Under the pieces are notes generated by a model. It ran no database searches. It was not told the origin of the DNA and worked only from the letters and a program-made list of their open reading frames with translations. Positions 48,705-58,513 of a stretch of DNA of 64,000 nt are shown here, one piece after another. The first letter of the stretch is position 1, and every line of letters starts with the position of its first letter. The stretch is from the IMG/VR virus record IMGVR_UViG_3300042540_001399, positions 62,001 to 126,000 of that record; one strand, given 5' to 3'. The position numbers were made by a program, and so were the translations under genes.

Positions 48705-49544
48705 ATGTTAAGTTATATCGGAGGTAAAAGTAAAATCGGGAAATGGATTGTTCCTTATTACGATAAAAATATGGAGGTTTATTTAGAAACTTTCGGAGGA
48801 ATGTTTTGGTGTTTCTATAATATGGATCTAAAACAATTCCCCAGACTTAAAAAAGTTGTATACAATGACTTCAACCCACTAAACTATAATCTATTTAAAT
48901 GTGTTCAAAATCCAACTGAATTATTAAGGGCAATAAACAATATTGATTGTCAAAAACAAGGAGTAGATAATACCCCTGAAATATATAAACAACAGTTTAT
49001 AAGCTTTCAGGCTGAATTATTTAATGAAGGTTTCAGCTTAGAACCTGGCAATTATGAAGTCGCGGCTAAGTATGTTTACATTTTAACACAGGTTTTCAGT
49101 GGATCAAAACCTGAAACATCAAACTTTATTGACCTTAAAGGAAAATATAAATCGAAATATCTTACGTTTAGAGATAAGTTGTCTAAACCTGATTGGGTGG
49201 ATCACTTTTTAAAAATTACAGATGTTGAAAATATGGATTTTGCGGACGTGATACAAAAATACGATTCACCATCTACGTACATTTATTTGGACCCACCATA
49301 TTGGAAAACAGAAAACTATTATTCCAATCATGATTTCGATAGACAAGACCATGAAAGATTGGCAAACGTATTACACAAAGTCCAGAGTAAGTTTTCTCTA
49401 TCATACTATGATTTCGAACTACTTCACAATTGGTTTCCTGAAGATCAATATACTTGGGTCAGAAAAGAATTTGCAAAAGCCGCCGCAGCAAAGAAAGGTG
49501 AAAAACAAAACATGGGTGAAGAATTACTTATTATGAATTATTAA
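48705..49544 (+). CDS. Dam-like DNA adenine methyltransferase (D12 class)
   Basis: LSYIGGKSKIGKWI, YLETFGG, YNDFN, YLDPPY, LSYY, EELLIMNY. Confidence 0.88.
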   Translation: MLSYIGGKSKIGKWIVPYYDKNMEVYLETFGGMFWCFYNMDLKQFPRLKKVVYNDFNPLNYNLFKCVQNPTELLRAINNIDCQKQGVDNTPEIYKQQFISFQAELFNEGFSLEPGNYEVAAKYVYILTQVFSGSKPETSNFIDLKGKYKSKYLTFRDKLSKPDWVDHFLKITDVENMDFADVIQKYDSPSTYIYLDPPYWKTENYYSNHDFDRQDHERLANVLHKVQSKFSLSYYDFELLHNWFPEDQYTWVRKEFAKAAAAKKGEKQNMGEELLIMNY

Positions 49545-49582
49545 TTTTTTGACTTGTTGAAATATTTATTAATAAAAAAATT

Positions 49583-51520
49583 ATGGAATTAGTAAAGTTA
49601 TTATCCAATATAGTAAAAGAAAACACCAAAGTTAAAAATAGTTTATTATTAGAATATCCAGAATCAACAATTAAAAGGTTAGTCCTTAAGTTTAGTGGAA
49701 GTACAGAAGACACGGTAGATCAAATTAGACAAACCATTTCTGATTTTGAAAGATTCAAAAATACCTTGGTAGGAGCTGAAAGGGACATCTTCACATATGA
49801 TTATCAAAAATTAAAGGATCTTGTAAAGTCTAAAAGTGAAAGTCAAAAATCTAAAAGAACTTTTGATGATGTTTTTAAAACATTCATGGAAAAAAATGCT
49901 GGTGCAGACAAAAGACTTACTAAATTGAATATTAAAAAGTTTTTTGAAATGAAAGCTTTAGATCCAAAAAGATTCAGAAAAGACATTTTGGACATGACAT
50001 CTATGGAATTGTCATCTTTGGTTAGACGTGAATTTGAAAATTTCATGAAAGAAAAATTAACAGAAAAGTTAATAAAAGAAAATCCTCAAGAAAATATTGA
50101 ACAAATAGTCAATAGGGTTGATAGATATGTTGCAAACTACACATTAGTCCCTATAAATACAAAACCTGCAGGTATGATGAATTTTGTTGAATTCGAACAT
50201 GTTGTGGATGTTTTACCAATGGAAGACGAATATAAAATTCCTGAAATTGATGTTTCTGATGTTGATGTTGTTTTTGAAGACGACAGCATTCTGATATTCA
50301 ATCCTGATCAAAAACACAAGTGTATCAATATACGAAAAAAGTTTGCCCCTGATAGAAGATGGTGTACATCTTGGGAAGGGTCATCGAATTATTTTTATAA
50401 TTATAGGCTTAGACAAAATCTTACATTATACTATGTTATAAATAAAAATTTAAATGAAAGCGATGTAAATTTTGCGGTTGTTATACTGGTTGATTATGAT
50501 TGGAGAAAAAATGTACAATTTAGATTAGCCGATGGTACAAACTCAGGAAAATACGCCGGAGCAACCGTTTTACCTTGGAGTGAAATAACTAAAAAAATAC
50601 CAAATTTAATCGGTAAAGAAAAATATTTTGTACCGCATCCATACTCTTCTGAACAACAAAGTATGATGATGAGCTTCGAAAGAAAAAATTTGACATCTAC
50701 CGACGCAATAAAAGAACTTGGTTCTGAAGAAAACGTTGAATTATGGTTAGAATTAAGGACTCCTGATTTAACTCAGATCGCTACTGGCCCAATAATTTGG
50801 AAAAATTTTACACCTTATTTGAGACATAAATACATTGGTATGGACGGTAAATTGAATGCTGAAATGTTGAAATTTACTGATAAGGAAAGTAAAGATTACT
50901 ATCTTACTAAAAAACGTAAATCACTTTTGTTAACTGACATTGACAAATTGACAGAGGCGGATGTTTCTTTGATTATGAGTGATGAAATGTCACCATATCA
51001 TGAAGCACTTATTAATTCATATGCAAAACAATTGGCAAAGAAAAATATTGATCTTAGTTATCTACCGATATCATTCCCTAATGATTCCGCAGCTAAATTT
51101 GCCACCATGTTTGGTTTAGACACATTGTTTTCTATTTTACCTGAAGATACAAGATTCCTTAATTTGGAAAACAAATCAGACAAACAGGAACCATTTGACG
51201 TACCCGCAAACATATCAAGATTCAAAAATTTGAAAACATTTGTTGCTGACAATATTATCAAAAGTTTACCTGAATCAATTGGTGAATGTAAAATGTTGTC
51301 TTTCCTAAATGTCACAGGAAATAAAGAATTAAAAACTTTACCAAAGTCACTAGCAACTTTGTATTGTCTCAACTTTATTTCAGTTATGGATTCTGGCATT
51401 GATATTGATAACCTACCAAAGGAGCTATTCAAACACATGATACCTACTGAAGATTTTTTCATAGTCAATTTCCCTGAAGAGCTCAAAGTTAAAAGAGGTT
51501 GTAAATCTAACGAAGACTAA
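49583..51520 (+). CDS. Large protein with central WCTS module and C-terminal leucine-rich repeats
   Basis: RWCTSW...YFYNY...LYYVINK, then LKTFVADNIIKSLPESIGECKMLSFLNVTGNKELKTLPKSLATL LRR units. Confidence 0.65.
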   Translation: MELVKLLSNIVKENTKVKNSLLLEYPESTIKRLVLKFSGSTEDTVDQIRQTISDFERFKNTLVGAERDIFTYDYQKLKDLVKSKSESQKSKRTFDDVFKTFMEKNAGADKRLTKLNIKKFFEMKALDPKRFRKDILDMTSMELSSLVRREFENFMKEKLTEKLIKENPQENIEQIVNRVDRYVANYTLVPINTKPAGMMNFVEFEHVVDVLPMEDEYKIPEIDVSDVDVVFEDDSILIFNPDQKHKCINIRKKFAPDRRWCTSWEGSSNYFYNYRLRQNLTLYYVINKNLNESDVNFAVVILVDYDWRKNVQFRLADGTNSGKYAGATVLPWSEITKKIPNLIGKEKYFVPHPYSSEQQSMMMSFERKNLTSTDAIKELGSEENVELWLELRTPDLTQIATGPIIWKNFTPYLRHKYIGMDGKLNAEMLKFTDKESKDYYLTKKRKSLLLTDIDKLTEADVSLIMSDEMSPYHEALINSYAKQLAKKNIDLSYLPISFPNDSAAKFATMFGLDTLFSILPEDTRFLNLENKSDKQEPFDVPANISRFKNLKTFVADNIIKSLPESIGECKMLSFLNVTGNKELKTLPKSLATLYCLNFISVMDSGIDIDNLPKELFKHMIPTEDFFIVNFPEELKVKRGCKSNED

Positions 51521-51524
51521 TTAT

Positions 51525-51821
51525 ATGACTAATGTTGATATTGAAGTTTACATAAGTAATCTAATCAATTTTTTTGAAAAGAATCCTAATGATTTAATGG
51601 TTCTGATAGGTAATTTACAAAAAGAAGATTTTTATAAAAAACTTAAAGAAAAATCAATACAAAATTTTGATAACGGTATTGATTATATACTATCAAAAGA
51701 CCAAATAGTTGAAATTGTAATCGAACTCAAGTTACCTGAACTTGTAGAAACTTCTAATCCAAAAGAAGTAATTGAAGGGTACATCCAAAAAACAAAGTTT
51801 GGTAATATAATTTTGAATTAA
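51525..51821 (+). CDS. Hypothetical protein (98 aa)
   Basis: Clean ORF downstream of the LRR gene. Confidence 0.6.
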   Translation: MTNVDIEVYISNLINFFEKNPNDLMVLIGNLQKEDFYKKLKEKSIQNFDNGIDYILSKDQIVEIVIELKLPELVETSNPKEVIEGYIQKTKFGNIILN

Positions 51822-51823
51822 AA

Positions 51824-51854
51824 TTTGTTTTTATTGAAAAAACGTTTATCTTTG
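51824..51854 (+). promoter_or_regulatory. Bacteroidota sigmaA-type promoter TTTG-N19-TATCTTTG
   Basis: Both elements at canonical spacing, upstream of the DUF932 gene. Confidence 0.7.
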
Positions 51855-51876
51855 TTCAATAATTAAAAACAAATAT

Positions 51877-52632
51877 ATGATCTACACTCCTGAACTTATT
51901 AAATCCCAAGCACCTTCAGTATTCGCAACTTCAGCATCTCCAAAGATGACTAACAAGTACACTTTTGTACCAACTGATCAAGTTTTAGAATTTTTTGATC
52001 GCGAAGGTTGGCAAATAGCATCTGTTAAACAAACAGGTAAGGGAATACATTCATTACACGAAATCAGATTCCGTAACAGCGAACTTCCCAAAGTTGGTGA
52101 TACATTAGTTGAAGCAATTGTCAAAAATTCACACAACGGTACTTCTGCTTTTTCTTTGAGTGCTGGACTATTCAGATTAGTTTGTTCAAACGGATTGACG
52201 GTACCAACAGCAGTGGCGGATAGATTTACTATGAGACACAATCATTTTCAACTTGACGATGTTAAAGAACTGGCAGATCAATTTTCTAAAAAATTACCAT
52301 TGATTGAACAATCGGTAGGAAGAATGATGGAACGTGAAATGTCAACTGATGAAAAAATTAGTTTTGTTCGTGAATCTGCTAAAATCAGATTTAACGCTGA
52401 AAAAACATTGAACGATATGGAAATTATGGGTCTTCTAACACCTAATCGGAAAGAAGATGAAGGAGATGACCTTTGGAAAGTTTTTAACACAGTACAAGAA
52501 AAATTTATTCGTGGTGGTGTTCAGGTATCAAACCAAAGGGGTAGGGTTTCTAAGATGAGAAAAATTGATAGTATTATCGCACAAAATAGTATCAATACGA
52601 AACTTTGGGAGTTGGCCGAAGAAATGATCTAA
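51877..52632 (+). CDS. DUF932/DUF945-family protein
   Basis: KYTFVPT, IVKNSHNGTSAF...GLFRLVCSNGL, DLWKVFNTVQE, NTKLWELAE. Confidence 0.8.
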   Translation: MIYTPELIKSQAPSVFATSASPKMTNKYTFVPTDQVLEFFDREGWQIASVKQTGKGIHSLHEIRFRNSELPKVGDTLVEAIVKNSHNGTSAFSLSAGLFRLVCSNGLTVPTAVADRFTMRHNHFQLDDVKELADQFSKKLPLIEQSVGRMMEREMSTDEKISFVRESAKIRFNAEKTLNDMEIMGLLTPNRKEDEGDDLWKVFNTVQEKFIRGGVQVSNQRGRVSKMRKIDSIIAQNSINTKLWELAEEMI

Positions 52633-52634
52633 AA

Positions 52635-52670
52635 ATAAAGTGGTGACTTTTTCACCACTTTATTTATTTT
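52635..52670 (+). terminator. Intrinsic terminator
   Basis: ataaagtggtga-ctttt-tcaccactttat followed by a T-rich tail. Confidence 0.75.
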
Positions 52671-52676
52671 TATATT

Positions 52677-53018
52677 ATGACAAATACTAAAGAACTTTTT
52701 GATAAAGAAACTGAGTTTCTAAAATCTATTTATGATAGGGAAGGAAAAATATTATCAAAAAACAGAATCCAAGGTCAATTAAATGTCACACCCGAAATTC
52801 TTTTAGAAAAAAACTATAAACCAGAATATCTTAATATGTACACTTATGAAAATGGTGTTTCTTTTATAGATGCAATTTTTCGTAACAAGTCTGACATTTT
52901 CATATATTTATCTAAAAAGATAGCTGTAGACTCGGGATATCAAATAATGATTTATTTTGAACCAGAAAAACTAGAAGAAACTAAATTCTTTGTAAAAAAC
53001 TTAATAAAATTAAAATAA
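52677..53018 (+). CDS. Hypothetical protein (113 aa)
   Basis: Clean ORF upstream of thioredoxin. Confidence 0.6.
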   Translation: MTNTKELFDKETEFLKSIYDREGKILSKNRIQGQLNVTPEILLEKNYKPEYLNMYTYENGVSFIDAIFRNKSDIFIYLSKKIAVDSGYQIMIYFEPEKLEETKFFVKNLIKLK

Positions 53019-53025
53019 TAAAAAA

Positions 53026-53340
53026 ATGGAAATTACCGCAACTGAACTTAAAGAAAAAATAGAATCAGGTAAAAAAATTATTGTTGAATTTTGGGCTGAA
53101 TGGTGTGGTCCCTGTAAAATGATGAAACCTAGATTTGAAAAAGTATCAAATGAAAATGAAACTGACGTGGAAATGTACACCATGAATGTTGATCAAAATA
53201 AAGACATAAGTGTTTCACTTGGCATTAGAAGTATCCCCACAGTTAAAATTATTAATGGTGGTAAAGTTGTTGAAACAAAAGTTGGGGTTTTAGAAGAAGG
53301 GGACATTAAAAATTTAGTTAAAGAATTATTATTGAATTGA
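53026..53340 (+). CDS. trxA: Thioredoxin
   Basis: VEFWAEWCGPCKMM...GIRSIPT. Confidence 0.92.
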   Translation: MEITATELKEKIESGKKIIVEFWAEWCGPCKMMKPRFEKVSNENETDVEMYTMNVDQNKDISVSLGIRSIPTVKIINGGKVVETKVGVLEEGDIKNLVKELLLN

Positions 53341-53341
53341 T

Positions 53342-53494
53342 ATGATTAAAGTAGTCTTAACATTTTTTATTTTACTATTTTTGTTTTCATGTAAAACCAG
53401 TAAAAGTAGTTGCGATGCTTATGGAAGCAATGATGATCATAAAAGAATTTACAAATATGAAAATTCATCTAAAATAATACAAAACAGTAAGTAA
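53342..53494 (+). CDS. Small lipoprotein (50 aa, not in ORF track)
   Basis: MIKVVLTFFILLFLFS-CKTSKSSCDAYG has lipobox LFSC. Coupled to trx and to grx (TAATG). Confidence 0.65.
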   Translation: MIKVVLTFFILLFLFSCKTSKSSCDAYGSNDDHKRIYKYENSSKIIQNSK

Positions 53495-53781
53495 TGGATA
53501 AGTTGGTTGTAGTTTACAGTATGGTTGGTTGTCCTTTTTGTACAGAGTTAAAAGAAATGTTAGACAAGGAAGATCTAAATTACGTTGATAGAGATATTGA
53601 CAAATATAAAGATGAATATGATATTTTTGTTGAAATTACTGAAAACGAATATGTACCGGCATTTATGACCATTTTAGATCCTGATTCAGAAAGACCAAAA
53701 ACAAAACTATATGCTCCTGACAGAGATTTTGATGACTTAGAAGAAGGTCTTAAAATAATCAAAAACTTTTATGAAGAATAA
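53494..53781 (+). CDS. Glutaredoxin-like protein
   Basis: VVYSMVGCPFC...YVPAF. Confidence 0.85.
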   Translation: MDKLVVVYSMVGCPFCTELKEMLDKEDLNYVDRDIDKYKDEYDIFVEITENEYVPAFMTILDPDSERPKTKLYAPDRDFDDLEEGLKIIKNFYEE

Positions 53782-53813
53782 AAAAAACCACCTATAAACG
53801 GTGGTTTTTTTTT
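53781..53813. terminator. Bidirectional intrinsic terminator
   Basis: aaaaaaaccacc-tataaac-ggtggttttttt between convergent genes. Confidence 0.85.
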
Positions 53814-54507
53814 AAATTAATATTACGTGTTCTAACATATCTTGAATCAAGTATGGTTTTTCTTTGTTTTGAGTTAACAGATCCTCAAACAAATTATAAT
53901 TATTAATTCTTTCGTTAAATTTATCTAAATCAAAATCGAATACATCTAAAATCAAAGATTTGATTTTTTCTTTGGGTATATTTGAATTTGAAATTATGTC
54001 AATATCAAAGTCTTCATCACTATTAAGTTTTTTGGTAAAATAAAATTCCAAATTATTTACACCTAACAAATTATACATGTGGTTAAACATATAGTTTGAA
54101 TAATAAACTATAGACCGACCACAATTCAAACTATGTCCATAAGGAAATTCAGACACTGTAAATAGATTTGTCACAGGTTCAGACTTACTTGTGAAAACAT
54201 TTTTATCTAAAGAAATCCAAACATCTTCCAAAACATCAAAATCTGATCCATACGAAAGTAAATCAATAATATTCATATGGTCTACGTTTGCATCTTCTAA
54301 TTCGGACGAATATTCTTTGAAGAATTCTTCTTTTATTTTTTGTAAATCCAAGATATCTTTGCTTGAACTTTTACCCGAAACAACAACAAAATTTATGCAA
54401 TCACATACTTGAATTATACTTTTTTCTGACTTGTTAATTTTTGATAAAATGTAGTCAGAAAATAAATTTACAATAAATCTTTTTGTTTTTTTATTTATTA
54501 ATCTCAT
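53812..54507 (-). CDS. Degenerate S-adenosylmethionine synthetase (MetK)-like protein
   Basis: IVNLFSDYILSKI...IIQVCDCINFVVVSGKSSSKDILDLQKI resembles MetK IADQISDAVLDAI...[29 protein letters not shown]. It lacks GHPDK and is only 231 aa. Confidence 0.4.
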   Translation of the reverse strand: MRLINKKTKRFIVNLFSDYILSKINKSEKSIIQVCDCINFVVVSGKSSSKDILDLQKIKEEFFKEYSSELEDANVDHMNIIDLLSYGSDFDVLEDVWISLDKNVFTSKSEPVTNLFTVSEFPYGHSLNCGRSIVYYSNYMFNHMYNLLGVNNLEFYFTKKLNSDEDFDIDIISNSNIPKEKIKSLILDVFDFDLDKFNERINNYNLFEDLLTQNKEKPYLIQDMLEHVILI

Positions 54508-54556
54508 AATATATTTTTTTACAATTGATATGAGATTTATTTGATATTATAAATAG

Positions 54557-55552
54557 TTAATAGACGTAATCTAAAAATGCATCATTAAGGTATTGTTTAA
54601 CTCTATAAGAATCGGAATATTCTGAAGTTCTAAAACTTAAAAAATCACCACAATATTCAAAGTATCTAGTTAACATATCTAAATAAGATCTTTCGTCATA
54701 TATATTATACTCATAATCACTCATACAATTAAAATAATCATATAGATCTGACTTTAAATTTTTAATTTTACACAATAAGTATTGTTTTTTATTTTCGTCT
54801 TGATCCCACTTAAATTCTGTATCAATTAAACTTCTTAGTTCATTTTTAATATCTTCATATACCTCATCGTTCCAAGCTTCGTTATATGCCATATTATGTA
54901 AACTTCTTAGATTACTTCGTAATTCGTCTAAATAACCAGAATTAATTAGTTCATTGAAAACTTTACGATCCGATAAAACATAGTTTATATTGTTATAATT
55001 GATAGTAACATAACCTTCTTCATTTGAGTTTTCAGAGAAAAAATTTCCACCAAACTCATCAGAATCCATATTTTGATTCTTTAAATCTCTAAGTATTATT
55101 TCCTTTAACTCATTTAAATTTTTTTCATTTAGTTCTTCTACAACATCATCATAATAATTATAAATTGTATCAGAAAACATCTCGAACCAATCTTCATCTA
55201 AAATTCCATTTGCAATTTCTCTATTTGAAATATTTCTATAATCACTATCATCAAACAAAACGGATAACTCAACTAATTTGTTTAATTTAAGGTAATAGTC
55301 ACCCCCAATTTTTTTAACATCCCCAAGAAGAGGTAAAAAATACTCAACACCATATTCTTTTAGAAGACTAATACAAAGTTGGTTAAGAAAACTATTATCA
55401 TCTGACTCCCGATAAACGGAGTATAAATCAACTTTATTCAATTTACCAATACCTTTTATGTATGAAATGAATCTTTCTACCGACTTAAATATAGGCTCAA
55501 TCCTTTCCCACTTACCGGTATTGAAAGTATCTATTAATTCATTAGTTGTCAT
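54557..55552 (-). CDS. Acidic hypothetical protein, paralogue of 55549..56691
   Basis: Shares FNEL...LDEL.SNL.SL...A.N.A..DE.Y and C-terminal FR..EY.D......N..F.DYV with its neighbour. Confidence 0.7.
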   Translation of the reverse strand: MTTNELIDTFNTGKWERIEPIFKSVERFISYIKGIGKLNKVDLYSVYRESDDNSFLNQLCISLLKEYGVEYFLPLLGDVKKIGGDYYLKLNKLVELSVLFDDSDYRNISNREIANGILDEDWFEMFSDTIYNYYDDVVEELNEKNLNELKEIILRDLKNQNMDSDEFGGNFFSENSNEEGYVTINYNNINYVLSDRKVFNELINSGYLDELRSNLRSLHNMAYNEAWNDEVYEDIKNELRSLIDTEFKWDQDENKKQYLLCKIKNLKSDLYDYFNCMSDYEYNIYDERSYLDMLTRYFEYCGDFLSFRTSEYSDSYRVKQYLNDAFLDYVY

Positions 55553-56691
55553 ACGTAATCATAAAACAGTTCATTTATATTTTTTCTTGTTCTATTCCAG
55601 TCAGGATATTCAGGGACTCTAAAATCAATACATTCAATATCATCATTATTAATCATAGCAACCATCAATTCAGTTAAACCACCATAATATTCTAAAAAAG
55701 AATCACTATACGCACTTCCTTTATAATTTTCTAAAAATGTTTCAACTAAATTTCTAAAGTTTCTAATTTTAATATAACTGTCATATCTAGTCACTTTACT
55801 ACCATCGCTCTTTGTAACTTCTCTTGGTACCTCATCGATTCTTCCTTCAAAGTACTCATCTAAACCACCATAAACTAAGTCATATATTTCATCTTCATAT
55901 GCACTATTTTCTGCTTGCCAATATAAACTTGTTAAATTAGATCCTAATTCATCTAAATCTTTATTACATAATTCATTAAATGCTGCTTCATCGTTAATTA
56001 ATCCATTCAAATCTTCAGCTCTTATTCTAAAATAACCTTCAGTTCCTTGTTCTTCAGAAAGTTCAGAGAAAAAATCAGAATCATAATCTTCTAAAGACAA
56101 TTCTTTATCCCCAATTTCTTTGAAAATAAAATCTATAAGTGTTGTAATATTTGCATCATCAAGTTCATCAACAACTTGGTGTGGTTTTACGCTGTCATCA
56201 AAATACCAATCATGTCCTAAACCATCTTCACTTAAAATGAGTTTTGCAACATATCTTGCACTTTCACCTCTTTGTGAACCACAAAAAAGTATTTCCAATT
56301 CTTCTCTATCTCTTAAATGAAGATAAAATCCATCTTGTCTAATATTTACGTCACTTAATAGATTTTTTGTAATAAATTCCATGGCGTCTTCATAGTTAGT
56401 ATCAATGTAATATAATAATAATTGATTTTTTGTTGATTCGTCAATTTCATCGTATAAACGCGAAAAGTCATCAAAGTCAATTAAGTTATTTTCAATTAGA
56501 AAGTCAAATAAGGTTGAATCATGATCGAATTCATTACCAGATATAGTAGTTGGGTCTATGTAATCTACTTTATTATTTTTAATTAAAAATGATAAAAAAT
56601 TACGTGTAGATTTGAAAACTTTCATCAGTTTAACATAATCTGTTTCATCCCCACTACGATACCATTCTATAAAAGTGTTAAGATCTGCCAT
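55549..56691 (-). CDS. Acidic hypothetical protein, paralogue of 54557..55552
   Basis: Same shared blocks. TATTTAT at 56697-56703 on the minus strand. Confidence 0.7.
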   Translation of the reverse strand: MADLNTFIEWYRSGDETDYVKLMKVFKSTRNFLSFLIKNNKVDYIDPTTISGNEFDHDSTLFDFLIENNLIDFDDFSRLYDEIDESTKNQLLLYYIDTNYEDAMEFITKNLLSDVNIRQDGFYLHLRDREELEILFCGSQRGESARYVAKLILSEDGLGHDWYFDDSVKPHQVVDELDDANITTLIDFIFKEIGDKELSLEDYDSDFFSELSEEQGTEGYFRIRAEDLNGLINDEAAFNELCNKDLDELGSNLTSLYWQAENSAYEDEIYDLVYGGLDEYFEGRIDEVPREVTKSDGSKVTRYDSYIKIRNFRNLVETFLENYKGSAYSDSFLEYYGGLTELMVAMINNDDIECIDFRVPEYPDWNRTRKNINELFYDYV

Positions 56692-56704
56692 ATATCATAA
56701 ATAC

Positions 56705-56729
56705 AAAAAAGGTGGAAAAATTCCACCTT
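56705..56729 (-). terminator. Intrinsic terminator
   Basis: aggtggaa-aaa-ttccacct stem followed by a T-run on the minus strand. Confidence 0.75.
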
Positions 56730-56754
56730 AATTTCTTTGGCCAAAGGAATTAAA

Positions 56755-56901
56755 TTACTTTTTATTATAGTATTTTTCAACTATCTTCTTCACCGATTCT
56801 TGAACGTTCTGATTTTTTTGGGCTTGAGCCTGTGGTCTAGCCGCTTGATTTGGTGTTGAAGCCTGTTGGTTCCCTTGTTTGTTTTTACAACCGCATCCCA
56901 T
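56755..56901 (-). CDS. Small MGCGCK-leader protein (48 aa, not in ORF track)
   Basis: MGCGCKNKQGNQQASTPNQAARPQAQAQKNQNVQESVKKIVEKYYNKK, with its own TATTTAT motif and terminator. Confidence 0.65.
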   Translation of the reverse strand: MGCGCKNKQGNQQASTPNQAARPQAQAQKNQNVQESVKKIVEKYYNKK

Positions 56902-56983
56902 GGTCAATTGTTTTTATAAGGTTTATTTATTTATAAATATCAACACTAAGACTATTTTGTAAATCACAAATATTTATGATTGT

Positions 56984-58513
56984 ATGAAAAAGAAATTAAT
57001 TCTAACCGAAACACAATTTAAAACTGTTTTACAAAGGATTGTAGAAGATGATGTTGTTGAAAAAATATATTTAACACCTGAAGAATATATGCAGTATTTG
57101 AAACAAGTAGGGTTTATGGCACACGCTATTCCATATTTACCAAAATTTACAGGAAAAAAAATTGTGGTAAAAGGGAACTTGAACCTTTCAGATCTCAGTG
57201 GTAAAAATAAAATTTACAAGTTAGGGAATATAGAAGTAACAGGTAATTTAGATGCTTCTAAAACAGGAATTAAAAATTTCGATGATGTTGTTGTTGGTGG
57301 AAGAATATCATTTTGGGATACACCTTATGAAAAGGAACTTATAAGAAAAAAACAACTTGCAAAAAGAAACGAACAGGATGGTAAAAGGGATAGAAATGAA
57401 TGGAGTTTAGATGGTACTGATGAAGAAGGTGAAAAGGCTAACGCAGCGTTTGAATATGCCGTTAATGAAGGGTATTTAGAAGGTATAACTGATGATGAAC
57501 AAGATAGAATATCTGAAATAAATAGAGAAATTGAAGAATTAGAAGAAGAACAAGAAAATTTGGATGCTGGTGATGAAAATTATAGTGAAAAGTTTGATGA
57601 AATTACTGATAAACAAATGGAACTTGAAGATGAAAAAAATGAAATATTATCTGATAGAGTTGATGTTTACGATTTATATAATATCGGAAGACATTATGAT
57701 CTAACAAATTTTGAATCTTTATCCACAGGCCATCAATATGCGGTTGGTACTGAAGATGAATGTGACGAGTCATTAAAAATGTACTATGAAGAAATGGTCG
57801 ATAGTATGGAACATTATTTTGATAATAATTTTATTTCAAGATATGTTGATGGGGATGAAGTGGCAGAGTACTTCGAAGATTCTGTAAGTGAATGGGTTAG
57901 GGATGAACCAGATAGTTATGGGGTCGAAAAACAATTAAGTAAAGATCAAGAAAAAGAAATTTGGGTTTTAGAAATGGAAAAATGGGTATATGAAAACGAA
58001 GGTGTTAGATTTCCGATAAAATACCCAACAATGGAAGAAAATGGTAAAGTATTTGATTTTTGGGATGAAAATGAAGAACATGAGTTTCAATATAGAAATG
58101 AAAGTTCAGACCCATCCAAAAGTCATTGGGTGTTATATAAAGATGGGCAAGTTGTCCCACCTCACCAAATATATGATGATGAAGAAACCCAAGAACAAAA
58201 AGATGATCGTGAAAGTAGAATATCCGATATTGATTATGAAATAGAAGAAATAAAAGATAATCCTGATGGTGAACCATCAGAAGAAGATATAGAATATGCG
58301 ATAGAAAGTTATATTGATGACAACATTAAAAACGATCCTGTAAGTTTTTTACAACAGATGGGATATGACGACTATTCGAATTTTGTAAATAAACAGGAAA
58401 TGTTAGATGATCTTGTAAGTGATGGTGAATATGGTTCGTTAAATGGTTACGACGGTAGTTATGATTCTGTTAGAATTAACGGTACATACTATATAGTAAT
58501 GAGAATTGATTAA
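56984..58513 (+). CDS. Highly acidic hypothetical protein (509 aa)
   Basis: MKKKLILTETQFKTVLQRIVE leader, D/E-rich body, TATTTAT at 56971. Confidence 0.7.
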   Translation: MKKKLILTETQFKTVLQRIVEDDVVEKIYLTPEEYMQYLKQVGFMAHAIPYLPKFTGKKIVVKGNLNLSDLSGKNKIYKLGNIEVTGNLDASKTGIKNFDDVVVGGRISFWDTPYEKELIRKKQLAKRNEQDGKRDRNEWSLDGTDEEGEKANAAFEYAVNEGYLEGITDDEQDRISEINREIEELEEEQENLDAGDENYSEKFDEITDKQMELEDEKNEILSDRVDVYDLYNIGRHYDLTNFESLSTGHQYAVGTEDECDESLKMYYEEMVDSMEHYFDNNFISRYVDGDEVAEYFEDSVSEWVRDEPDSYGVEKQLSKDQEKEIWVLEMEKWVYENEGVRFPIKYPTMEENGKVFDFWDENEEHEFQYRNESSDPSKSHWVLYKDGQVVPPHQIYDDEETQEQKDDRESRISDIDYEIEEIKDNPDGEPSEEDIEYAIESYIDDNIKNDPVSFLQQMGYDDYSNFVNKQEMLDDLVSDGEYGSLNGYDGSYDSVRINGTYYIVMRID

